Shown here piece after piece: positions 47,798-59,296 of a stretch of 64,000 nucleotides of DNA (position 1 is its first letter; every line of letters starts with the position of its first letter). Position numbers and translations under genes: made by a program. The notes below the pieces were generated by a model that saw only the letters and a list, made by a program, of their open reading frames with translations, did not search any database and had not been told where the DNA came from. The stretch spans positions 9,362,001 to 9,426,000 of the forward strand of contig JBHGNT010000010.1 of NCBI GenBank assembly GCA_043228905.1. The letters are read 5' to 3'. Origin of the DNA: Azolla caroliniana (Eukaryota > Plantae > Polypodiophyta).

Positions 47798-49419
47798 ATC
47801 CTTGGCTACTTCGGAAAAAGTTTCCGGCTCGCGTACTGTCGCCACCTTCATCATAAAGGCATAGTGATATGCCATGTAGTCATTGTAGCCGAATCGACTG
47901 ACCGGATTCTTTTCACGGGTGGAGCGACAGAGCTTTTCATTTGCAGAGATGAGGGCTTTCTTAGCTTTGATTGATATATCGAAGCCGCCAAACTCACTGT
48001 CGAGTGAGTGGGTCGACTCATCGTCTTCGTATTCCGACATTTTCGCCTTGCCTTTGTCCATCTTCGAGCTAGGATGTGATGTGCTTTGATCGCTCAAAGG
48101 CTCTTGTGGTCCGCTCAATCGAGTCATGATCGGACTTTCTTCGAACATGCGCGTAAGGTGATCTTCATCCTCTTTCTCTTGTTCGGCGGATTCCGGGTCG
48201 AGCGGAGTCGGAGATGTCTCTGGTGCGTACCAGGATGCGAACTCGTCAAAAACGACGTCTCGACTTACTCGAGATTTTCGAGTTGAAGGGTTGTAGCACT
48301 TGTACCCCTTTTGCTCCAATGAGTATCCTACGAGGATACATTTCTCCGACTTCGGGTCAAGCTTTTGACGCTTCTCGTCGGGGATGTGCACGTACACTAT
48401 CGCGCCGAATATCCGGGTGTGCAATAAGTCCGGCTTCTTTCCGAAGTATTTTTCGTGCAGACTGACCTCATGCACGCCGGATGTTGTGCATCGGTTCATT
48501 AGGTAGACGACCATATTTGTAGCTTCGGCCCAATATGACTTGGGCGTATGCTTCTCGTTCATCATGGCCCGCGCTACTTCGAGGATGTGCCAATTTTTGC
48601 GCTCGGCTATTCCGTTTTGTTGCGGAGTGTGTCGGCAAGTGAATTCTCGCCGAATTCCTTCCTTTCGGAGATACACCGTGAAATCGTCCGAGAAGTACTC
48701 CTTGCCGCCATCCGATCGAAGACAACGTACATGTCAGCCCGTGGCTTTCTCAACTTCATTCTTGAATGTTTGGAAGTGTTCGAACACTTCGCTCTTTTGC
48801 CGCATCGGGTAGATCTAAGTGTGCCTGGAGAAGTCGTCGATGAAGAGCACGTAATACCAGCTCTTTCGGGAACGGGTGTCGATGTTGCTTGCCAAATTGG
48901 CACGCTTCGGATACACCTTCCATCTCCTTCTCTTTGAATGTCAAGAGTCCGATGACGACTCCTTTCGATTTCATTGCTTTGAGTTTGTTGAGATTGATGT
49001 GGCTTATTCGCTTGTGCCACAACTCTATGTCGGAGTCGGCTTTCATGCCCTTTGCGAACATGGCCGATTTCATCTCGTGTGAGTCGAGAATGAACATTCG
49101 GCCCTCTCTTCGTCCGCATCCGATGAGTTGGCCCTCTTTTTCGATGAAGCAACCGCCTTGATTAAATCAAACTAGCATCCCTTGCTCTACAATTTGGCCA
49201 ACGGAGACCAAATTCTTCGTAATGGTCGGTACATGCAATACATTTTTAATGTAATTTTGCTTACCTTCTTTTCCGAACAGAACATTGCCAATGTGCCGAA
49301 TCAGGTGCGTAGTGTCGTCTCCAGTTTTGACATAGCCGGGTCAGTCCGGCTCTCAAAGTTCTCAAAACCATTCTTGATGTGATGTCATATGGTTCGAGGC
49401 ACTGGAATCAACGAACCAT
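47798..49419 (-). pseudogene. H protease-integrase remnant
   Basis: WFVDSSAS, LWHKRISH, TPQQNGIAERKN. Confidence 0.9.
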
Positions 49420-49486
49420 ACGTTGTCGTGAAGGATTTGCTTCACGATATAAAAATAAATTTAAATATTGAATTCAATAATATTTC

Positions 49487-49680
49487 AAACACTTGAACCC
49501 ACAACCTTATAAACCAAGCACAATGTATATACCACTAGGGTAGGCTATTTGTTTTTGGAAATATTGTCAAGAATGTGCTTCACTATATAAGAATAAACTT
49601 AAATATTGTATTAAGTAAAATTGAGGGACTTGAACACTCAACCTTGTATATCAAGCACAAACCATACACCACTAAGCTAG
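49487..49680 (-). promoter_or_regulatory. Two tandem antisense tRNA-like A/B-box modules in G U3
   Basis: TAGCTTAGTGGT...GTTCAAGTCC and TACCCTAGTGGT...GGTTCAAGTG. Confidence 0.6.
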
Positions 49681-49936
49681 GTTATTTGTTTTAGGGTTAT
49701 ATCCATCATTATACTTATCCCAAGACATGGGAGCTCAAATGAGCATGATGGCTATCATGCATCACATGCAATGCATGTGCGCCAAATGGCGATCATGCAT
49801 CAGATGTAACTCATGCATTACATGCATGACATTACCATATGCATGGAAATACTTATAAAAAGAGGGGAAAGGAAAACAAAAGGGAATCAAGGAATCAAGA
49901 GAGATTGAGAAAATAATACAATCAAGTAAAGAAGAT

Positions 49937-49991
49937 TAGCTCATTGGGTGGAGAACCTCTCGTTTCAAAGTTAAGGTCGTGGGTTCAAATC
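49937..49991 (+). promoter_or_regulatory. Sense tRNA-like A/B-box module in the G LTR
   Basis: TAGCTCATTGG (49937) and GGTTCAAATC (49982). Confidence 0.65.
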
Positions 49992-50358
49992 AAGGGTCGG
50001 TAGAGAATGTGTTCAATTTGCGATCAAGGATTGTAAAGTTGGTAAAATATTGTTTTTTTAATATACATCATGTTTATATCAAATACTCTTGCTTCTTAAA
50101 TCATACTTTGTCTCTATCTTGTTTCTTGAATCATATATTGTCTCTATCTTCTATCTATTCTCATCTCTCTCTCACACACACATTACTCGTAACTCTTCTT
50201 CTTGCTACTCTTAACCTTTCTAACATCACCATACAAGCCTTATTAAAATTTAAGTTCCTTCAACTCCCCTTAACCTTCGTCCCTGCAACTTCGCCGCACG
50301 AACCACAACTACCCCGACACATTTGGTGAACCCGACGTGAAGGCGGCGACGAGGAGAA

Positions 50359-52404
50359 ATGGAGGAGCAAATGAGGCTTATGTGTACGATGATGGAACGA
50401 GTGATGCGGGAACAAGGGATGATGGCAAGCATCGACAAAGCCGTCGACAATATTCTCGCACGAGTAGGAATCTTCGAAGGTATAAATTTAACAAGATTTC
50501 TGAAGATTTATAATGAAGAAATGCTTAAACGCGGTGTCGACGAAGCTACAAAAATTAATAGCTTTAGTCGAGTCGCTGCAATTGGGCTACAAGAGAGGAT
50601 CCAAGAGCTCCAAAGGGAGAATCAGACATGGACAACATTCGAAAGGGCATTACTCAATGAATACAACCTCAACGATATGTCAAGGATGACAAGGCGAGCT
50701 TTCATGGATTGGGTAGAGTCTAATAAACATTTAAGTGTTTTGGAAGTATTAAAAGAGTTTTCTGAAATATTTGAGCAACTAAATGTTAGAGATAGAAATA
50801 TAATAGTGCCAGATAAAGTCATATTGTTTCTACAAGCTCCTAATATTAAAGACAGGAAGGACTTGGGAATGCTTTTAGAAGATCAGAACGGTCCAAGTGG
50901 ACTTACCGAAGACTGGGAGGAGGTGAAAAGGACGTGCACCCATTTCTGCAAAAGAAAGTTATGGTTTATGGAGTTGCCCGACAAAAATGATGAAGAAATG
51001 GGGAATGAGTCGGGAGAAAAGAAAGTAGAAGAATCACTCTTACACGAATTGGTGAAAGGCATGAAAGACTTGTCGATCAAAGTGACGAAGCTAGAATCGG
51101 GACAAAGCTCGACTTCATCAAGGCAAGGAGGTGGAATGGTGCGAAGGTGTATGTGGTGTGATAGTATCGACCACCAGAAGAAAGATTGTCAAGAGCATAG
51201 GGATGCTCTTAATCATAATAAAATCTACTATCAAGATGGCAAGATTCACTCGACAGAGACTCGACAACCACTTCAACTTAACTTCGGACGAGGAGGAATG
51301 AAAAAGCTAATGGAAGATGCCGAGAGAGAAACAACTCAAGCGATACAATCCGTGGCAACCTTAGGATTGCGCGTAGAAGACTCATATGGTGGATCTGGCT
51401 TTTGGCAAGATGTGATGGATTATGCAAGAAAAGGGAAGGTTCGAGTGGATGAATTAAAAAGAGCAGGAGATGAAATACGAAACTTCACTGGATGGAATGA
51501 TCCAGTAGATGCGCTATCAGCATTCGCCCAAGTGAATGCACAAGATGTGCTAGTGGAAGAGAAGCGGAAGAGAGCTAAGGAAGCTGATCCAACAAAGAAA
51601 CACGAGACACAAGAACAACTTCAGAGAAGAGAGATGGAAAAGAATGCTCATGAGTCGAAAGAAGCTGATAAAGTAAAAGGGAAGACAAACCCAACTTTCC
51701 AGCTTGCTTCGGACACAGAAGACGTGACAGATTTAAAACACATCACGAAAGAAGTTACGAGAGTGTGTTCAGCAACACTCCAAGATCTAGATCGTGACAC
51801 CATCAATGTTGCAAGTGTTAAGAAGATAAATAATATTGCAATTCATGAAGGGGATAGGAGTCATTATACAAAGAACCATTGGACTCAAGCAACAACAAAG
51901 GCGCCTACAAAAATTGCGGAGCAACAAATTCCTTATATTTCTTTGATAGATCATGGATCAAAAATTAACATGATGTCTTCGGAATGTTATGCTCAAGGAA
52001 GGTGGCCAATAGATAATAATCATGGGTCGAAGAAAATAGTTGCAACAAAGATGACGGAGGATCTATTCGGAGCATGTCCCAGTGTGAAAGTAACAATGGG
52101 AGATGTGTCGGTGGATCAAAATTACTATGTGCAAGATGGATCAACCTACCCCGTCATCCTTGGTCAATCATACAATAGCGTAGTATGTATAGAAACAAAG
52201 GATGGTGAACCATACATCAACGTAGTAAGGATGGAAACAACTGTGATTGATGATGATTCGACTTTCGTGAGGATCAAGATTCAGGATGGAAGGAAGAGGG
52301 GCCAGTTCTTAACCATGACGTCTAACCGTGAAAGAAACAAAGAATGGTTGAGGGAACATCCAACTCAAAAACGGAATGAAGAGTTTTTTCAAGATTTTGG
52401 ATGA
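50359..52404 (+). CDS. G Gag-protease protein (681 aa)
   Basis: Intact ORF homologous to D gag-PR (CMWCD..H.K.DC, GRGGMK.LME, GW.DPV, LIDHGS). Confidence 0.92.
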   Translation: MEEQMRLMCTMMERVMREQGMMASIDKAVDNILARVGIFEGINLTRFLKIYNEEMLKRGVDEATKINSFSRVAAIGLQERIQELQRENQTWTTFERALLNEYNLNDMSRMTRRAFMDWVESNKHLSVLEVLKEFSEIFEQLNVRDRNIIVPDKVILFLQAPNIKDRKDLGMLLEDQNGPSGLTEDWEEVKRTCTHFCKRKLWFMELPDKNDEEMGNESGEKKVEESLLHELVKGMKDLSIKVTKLESGQSSTSSRQGGGMVRRCMWCDSIDHQKKDCQEHRDALNHNKIYYQDGKIHSTETRQPLQLNFGRGGMKKLMEDAERETTQAIQSVATLGLRVEDSYGGSGFWQDVMDYARKGKVRVDELKRAGDEIRNFTGWNDPVDALSAFAQVNAQDVLVEEKRKRAKEADPTKKHETQEQLQRREMEKNAHESKEADKVKGKTNPTFQLASDTEDVTDLKHITKEVTRVCSATLQDLDRDTINVASVKKINNIAIHEGDRSHYTKNHWTQATTKAPTKIAEQQIPYISLIDHGSKINMMSSECYAQGRWPIDNNHGSKKIVATKMTEDLFGACPSVKVTMGDVSVDQNYYVQDGSTYPVILGQSYNSVVCIETKDGEPYINVVRMETTVIDDDSTFVRIKIQDGRKRGQFLTMTSNRERNKEWLREHPTQKRNEEFFQDFG

Positions 52405-53342
52405 ACTTTGCACAACCAGTGTGCAAGTTCAGAGGGGGTGGGTGTCGTGAAGGATTTGCTTCACGATATAAAAATAAATTTAAATATTGAATTCAATAAT
52501 ATTTCAAACACTTGAACCCACAACCTTATAAACCAAGCACAATGTATATACCACTAGGGTAGGCTATTTGTTTTTGGAAATATTGTCAAGAATGTGCTTC
52601 ACTATATAAGAATAAACTTAAATATTGTATTAAGTAAAATTGAGGGACTTGAACACTCAACCTTGTATATCAAGCACAAACCATACACCACTAAGCTAGG
52701 TTATTTGTTTTAGGGTTATATCCATCATTATACTTATCCCAAGACATGGGAGCTCAAATGAGCATGATGGCTATCATGCATCACATGCAATGCATGTGCG
52801 CCAAATGGCGATCATGCATCAGATGTAACTCATGCATTACATGCATGACATTACCATATGCATGGAAATACTTATAAAAAGAGGGGAAAGGAAAACAAAA
52901 GGGAATCAAGGAATCAAGAGAGATTGAGAAAATAATACAATCAAGTAAAGAAGATTAGCTCATTGGGTGGAGAACCTCTCGTTTCAAAGTTAAGGTCGTG
53001 GGTTCAAATCAAGGGTCGGTAGAGAATGTGTTCAATTTGCGATCAAGGATTGTAAAGTTGGTAAAATATTGTTTTTTTAATATACATCATGTTTATATCA
53101 AATACTCTTGCTTCTTAAATCATACTTTGTCTCTATCTTGTTTCTTGAATCATATATTGTCTCTATCTTCTATCTATTCTCATCTCTCTCTCACACACAC
53201 ATTACTCGTAACTCTTCTTCTTGCTACTCTTAACCTTTCTAACATCACCATACAAGCCTTATTAAAATTTAAGTTCCTTCAACTCCCCTTAACCTTCGTC
53301 CCTGCAACTTCGCCGCACGAACCACAACTACCCCGACAACGT

Positions 53343-54360
53343 CTTCCGGACCGGAGGCACTAGTTGAGGTAAAGGCCGACATAGAGTTTGCTCTATGTTT
53401 CATCATGAACATTCCGCCATGGTCGGAGTTGTGTGCATACATTCCGCCACGATCTTCGTAGTCGGAGTTGTGCACGTAATTTGTGAGTTGTCGGCTTGTG
53501 GAAGCCGTTTTGCGCATCTTCTTTCAACACTCTTCTTCGTGGTGGCCGAGCTTTCCGCAATATCCGCATTCGCTTGCGTATTGACGGCTCAGCCCGGAGT
53601 GGAAGCTCCCCCTTCTTGCAAAGGTTCCTTGTTGGCTTCCGTTTTGTGGCCGAAATTGGGAGTAGTTGTTGTAGGTCGGACCTCGTCCGCCTTGTCCTTG
53701 GCCGAATCGGCCTCTCGCTCGTCCGCGTCCTCTTCCTCCATTCGAGTGCGTGTAGAGCATGTGGCCTTCCGACTCGTTGCTCCTTGTACGCACGTGGTTT
53801 TCTTTGACCAATAGCATTGATTGGAGCTCGAAGAAGGAGGGAGATTTCTCCCTTGCTAGAACGGCGGTTTGCATCGCGTCGAACCGTGGTGCGAGGTCGC
53901 CGAGGCATATTTGCACCATCTCATCATCATCTATACTTGCACTTATCGAGCCGAGCGAGTCGCAAAGCTCCTTGATCTTCAAGGTGTATGTCGTGATGGA
54001 CATGTCCCTTTGTTGAATGTTGTTCAACTCTTGGCGGAGTTGAAGCCTTCTTGTGGTTGTGTTCGCCGCAAAAATCTTTCGTAGATTTTCCCATGCCTCC
54101 TTCGGCGTCTTGGCTTCGCGAATGTAGCCGAGCATGTGATCGTGAACACATGTTGCCAAGCAATACATCACGCGGCTTGCGGCTTGCTCCCATGTCGCGT
54201 ATCCGGGAGCCGCTTCGGCAGGTCGGTCTTCATGCTCTCCTTTGATGTAGCTCCAATAGCCTTGTCCGACATGGTATTGGTGCATCTTGTACTCCCAAGA
54301 TGCAAAGTTGTTTCGATCCAACTTCTCGATAGGGAGAGCGCTCCCCATTTGAGTATTCAT
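53343..54360 (-). pseudogene. H gag
   Basis: IEKLDRNNFASWEYKM, CGYCGKLGHHEEEC. Confidence 0.9.
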
Positions 54361-54522
54361 TATGTTTATTCTTCTTCTTCTTCTTCTTCTCTCTTCGAAT
54401 GCGAGCTATGTAGCGAAGCTACGATAGCGATGAGCCGGTTCTTGGTCGTTGGTGTAGAGCACAACACACGATCACGATGAGGCGAATGGGCTAGATCGAG
54501 CTACCAAATCGCTCTGATACCA

Positions 54523-54913
54523 TATAAAGAATCGGATACAATTCTTGTGAAGCGAAAGAGATGTGAGTTATGTGTGTGTATAACAGAGAGAGTGTGAGTG
54601 AGAGAGACAAGGAGTAAGACACAGAGAATACGCAAGGTAAAAGTATATTAACAAAGGAGAAAGACTTGACACAATACAAGGTGGGAGGAGGGTGCTTTAT
54701 ATAGCCACCCTCTCTCTTCATTAACTACAAGACTCATGGAGCATGGGGAATATGAAAGCTCATAAGTTATGTGTCATAGAATATGATTCTATGACTCATA
54801 CTAAATGCTAGAATACAAAGAGGTGACATAATGGTGACTCTTGACCGTTTGAGTGTCTATTCACTCTCAAGGTGAGTTCACACACTAGACCAAGTTGAGC
54901 TTGATTCTCAACA
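54523..54913 (-). repeat. H 5' LTR
   Basis: Adjacent to the PBS; terminal CA mutated to TA. Confidence 0.93.
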
Positions 54914-54918
54914 GACAT

Positions 54919-57900
54919 ATATGGAAATATGTTTCTGAGAGCCCATTGGGGCTATATCTTTAAATGTTGCCAAAATGTCTAGTTGTAGAGAACTTGCATG
55001 CTCTCTATGTGATGGAGGATCCCACTTGACAAATTCTAACACATTCTGCCAAGATGATAATAATTGATTAACAACCCAAGACATTGAACACTTCACTTGC
55101 CTTTTGGAGTTGACTACATTCCACCAATGTGTTTCTACTCTTACTTTGCCAAACTTGATGCCAATTCTCTCAATAAAGAAAATCACCATTTCTATCCATG
55201 GTTGTGTGTTTGCAAACATAGAAATGAGTAATCAAAACCTCCGAGCTACCATATGCTCATATACATTCAATAATGTTGCTCCACCAAGCCGTTTTGGAGT
55301 ACAAATATGATTCCATGCCAACCAAGAAATGTCATGTTTCCCTTTGTTCTCCCATAATAATGAACGCATGGATTGGGTAACCTTTTCAATAGCCTTCTTT
55401 GACCATGGCAACAATGGAAGATAATAAGAAACCATGGGTATCATAATGGATTGCACAACTTTAACCCTTATATGAAATGGCCATGACTGAGATCTCCAAT
55501 AGATGAACTTATTTTCAATCTTTCTCGACACTCAATCAACTAGTTTAACATGTGAAACTTCTACTCCAATAGGGTAACCCAAGTGTCGAAAAATTTCCCC
55601 ACAATTAACAATCTTTCTTGACCAGCCAAGCTCCAATATATTTTGCTCCATACATGAAATAAGAATTGATTTATGCATATTAATCTTTAATCCTGATGCA
55701 AGAGAAAACAATTCCCAAACCTTTGTAGCCTTTGTAACATTATTACATGTAGCTCCCAAAAAAATAAAATGATCATTTGCTAGCGCTTGAGCAATACACT
55801 GTCTCCCAAATGGCAATCTTAACCCAACCAAATCTCCATCCACCGTCATATTATGTAGCTTAACAAGTATAGAATGAGTGACAATAGTAAACAAAAGTGG
55901 ACTAAGGGGGCACCCTTGTCTAACTGACCTTCTCACCGAAATAGGTTGTGTTACTCCTCCATTAAGCATGACATGTGACATTGAAGCATCCCCCAATGTA
56001 TATATCAAATTTGACATACGATCACCAAACCCCATTTGATGCATCACCTGGCATAAAAAGGACCAATTAATATGATCGTATGCCTTCCCTAGATCCAATT
56101 GCAACATCACAATCTCTTGTTTAGTTTCCACATCAAAATCTATTGCCATATGAACATTTAAATTATTATGCAAAATATCTCTGTTGGCCAAAAAACCATA
56201 TTGAGCATTATGGATAATAGTTGGCAATATTGTATGTAATCTATTAGCCAAAATCTTTGTGAAAATCTTATAAATCCCCCCCCCATCAAAGATATAGGCC
56301 TCCATTGAGCAAATGACACTAGAGATGGCACTTTAGGTAACAGTTTTATTAAACCAATCTTCCAAGATTGTGGCATGTGCCCTGTGGACCAAACATTCTG
56401 GAATAGAATTGCAAAGGACCTCTTCAAGTGTGTATTATATTTCTTAAAGAATTCATTTGTTAAATCATCCCAACCAGGACTGTTACCATTCACAAGATGA
56501 GAAATCACATTTTCTCCCTCAACCTTTGATATATCTACATCCAAAACATTAGAAACCTCTATTGATACATGATTTGTAACTTCCTTCGAGAACACCTCTC
56601 GAGCATAATTAATAGTTCCATCAACATGAGTTTCTACATCTAACAATTGCTTATAATAATCCACACATTTTGTCACAATCATATGAGGATCCATAATCAT
56701 GATTTGTAACTTCCTTTGAGAACACCTCTCGAGCATAATTAACAGTTTCATCAACATGAGTTTCTACATCAAGCAATTGCTTATAATAATCCACACATTT
56801 TGTCACAATCATATGAGGATCCATAATCATCCTCCCATTTTCTTGTAACCGCACCACATTATACCTTGCATGTGATTCATGAAGGGCATGAAAGAAATTG
56901 TGTGATTGACAATTACAATCATCCACTTCTTGTCTCAACTTATGTAGTCTAGCTTGTTGATAACTCTTAACCTTCATATCACATAACGAGGTTGATAATA
57001 TTTTGTGAATATCCAATAATTGCTCATCCATTGGCCAATACTTAGTAATGCATTACATCGTCCCAACAATGTAGCAAAAGCCTTTATTTTTCTTCTTCTC
57101 TTAAAGGCATTATACATTCCATAAAATCTAGATAGCTTTTGCACATTTACAACAAATACATCCCAAGCCTCGAATCCAACATCATGAACATGTAAATTGA
57201 ATTTCTCAATCAATTGACACATGTAACCATGAAATACTTCATGGTCTAAAAAAGATGAATTAAAACGAAGAGGAGGTTGTCTTAAGAAATATTTAAATTG
57301 ATCAACTGATTGATGCGCAAACTCAAACACTAATGGAAAATGATTTGAAAGAACCAAATCATAAGAAATGGAAATATCCAAAATCTTTGGCAAGAAAGAA
57401 CCAGTATGCATAATATACATACGATCTAACCTACTCCAAGTAGATGTGTATTGTGCTGATCCAAAAGTATAACCTGGCTCATCACCATGAATCCAAGGAC
57501 ACACATCACAATGTAGAACATCCATTTCTAATTGCTCCCAATATTGAGTTTCAGATCTTTTCATTATAGAATGCATAGAAGTTGATTGTGCTTCCTCACA
57601 ACAAACATTAAAATCCCCCATCATTATTCCTGTTTGACCTTGCTTAAGAAGCGAAGCCAAATTTTGCCACAACAACTTTCGTTTTGAGATAGATTTGAAG
57701 CATATACACCAACCAACCACAAAATTTGGCCTTCATAAGAGATTTGTACAACCAAAAATCAACTAAAATCATCACTAAAGATAACTTGAGGACAGAACAC
57801 ATTTCTTATAAACATAACAACTCCTGAATAATCACCTTTCACTTTTCCTGAATAACATAGGATATAACCCTTAGTGTTAACCACTAAACCTGCATTTTTA

Positions 57901-58812
57901 TGTTCTTTATGCTCCACGGCACATAAAACATCCCACTGATTGTGTAACAAAGCACTCCACACCTCATGCATCTTAAATCGGGAACAAATCCCTCTTACAG
58001 TCCATGTTGTCACCTTCATACTTTAGCTTTTCCTTTAGATGAGGGAACTTGTTTTTCCCTCTCAGTCAATGTATCTGCTAAATCTTGAAAAAAATCTCCT
58101 AAGATTGCAAACAAATTTTGATGGGAAGGCAACCCTGACACACTTGATCTATTCCCTTTGTTACGTTGTACTTGAGTATGCTATTCCCTTTACTATCAAA
58201 AGATAAATTTTACTACGCCCAAAAGAGCCTTGTTGTAATGGTAACTTCATACCCTCATTGGATTTATTCCATGCGCCCTTTCCAAACCTATTCATTCTTC
58301 CAGAAACTACCGACCATGGACCCTCCCTATCTGACAACTTTGGCCCTTTCTCAATCACACCTCCTTGTTCCTCAATATTCTCACACATAGCCAAATCAGG
58401 GTCCTTATTGTGTTGTACTTTCTCATGAATATCCTCCACCACCTCATGATTCTCTAAATTTTTACCAGTACGAGGACATTCTACCATAAAATGCCCTAAT
58501 TCTCCACAATGGAAACAATGGCCTGCAAATGTACCCCATTTAAGTTTGAAATACATTGGTGGCATACCAATACGATCTATTTGTAGACAACCTGGTCTTT
58601 TTATAGCAGTATTCCAAAGAATACACAATCGATATTGATTCATTGCATTAGCATTAGGAGGCACCAAAATTTTCCCCAATTTCTCTATTGCTGAATACAA
58701 AAGTGGCCACATAGTGGAATGCTTACATTCTACCTCCACCCATACCGGACAATCTTGTTTCAATATATCTAAGTACTCAGTCAATGGTCTCCAAGGAACA
58801 ACATGAACCAAA
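54919..58812 (-). mobile_element. Degenerate L1/Tx1-type LINE (part of ORF1; ORF2 endonuclease and RT), 3'-truncated and interrupted by M
   Basis: ORF1 CFHCGELGHFMVEC; ORF2 MKVTTWTVRG, MGDFN, SRLDRMY, SPGWDD, LDLGKAYD, VRQGCPLSP. Confidence 0.93.
56571..56830. repeat. 130-bp tandem duplication that frameshifts LINE ORF2
   Basis: GATTTGTAACTTCCTT at 56571 and 56701. Confidence 0.92.
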
Positions 58813-58897
58813 TGTTGGAAGCAATGTCGTCAGTGCGGAAGATCTTGAAGCACTTGATTCCTGTTTATTCCCTGTGTATGACAGAATGTAGGTCGTT

Positions 58898-58933
<36 letters not shown>

Positions 58934-59103
58934 ACAAAAGACTCTTTATTTCACAAAGCAATAATACAACAACCAACCTCACAAAGAGGTTACAAGGTCA
59001 CTATATATAGTGACCGACTTAGGGCAACTACCCTTTATGCTAATTACATAAATGGCCGAAACGGGATGGTGTGAATACGTCCATTACACACATGTATTCG
59101 ACA
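58813..59103 (-). repeat. M 3' LTR
   Basis: Matches 63902-64000; (GA)n tract; palindromic TATA. Confidence 0.93.
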
Positions 59104-59296
59104 CTCCCCCGTAATGGGCGTATACATGGGTTATCTAAGATTACAGGTATAGACTTAGGTTCTCGGACATATCAGCTTTGTTCGAGTCGGCAGGATCCGA
59201 AGACAGAAGACCGAACTGGTCGGGTCGGAACAGTTGAAGCCGATCATTAAGGAGCTGATGTCGGTTGTCGGGAACCATCCTGCTCTGTGTCCGGCT

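Larger units (their letters stand above)
49424..53338 (+). mobile_element. Element G: intact, very recent Gag-protease-only LTR element of the D lineage
   Basis: 896-bp LTRs 49424-50319 and 52443-53338 with no difference seen, TSD ACGT at 49420-23 and 53339-42, PBS 50324-50341, PPT 52431-52442. Confidence 0.96.
41922..54913 (-). mobile_element. Element H: degenerate Ty1/Copia related to K; host of F and G
   Basis: LTRs 41922-42314 and 54523-54913, TSD GACAT at 41917-21 and 54914-18, PBS TGGTATCAGAGC at 54511-54522, PPT 42315-42326. Confidence 0.95.

Noticed and set aside
56571-56830. Assembly artefact or functional repeat in LINE ORF2
   Set aside because: The copies differ at several sites and the 130-bp length breaks the frame; an ordinary old duplication
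58902-58929. Standalone (GA)n microsatellites (also ~12080, ~35240, ~40075)
   Set aside because: All are internal LTR components typical of these elements
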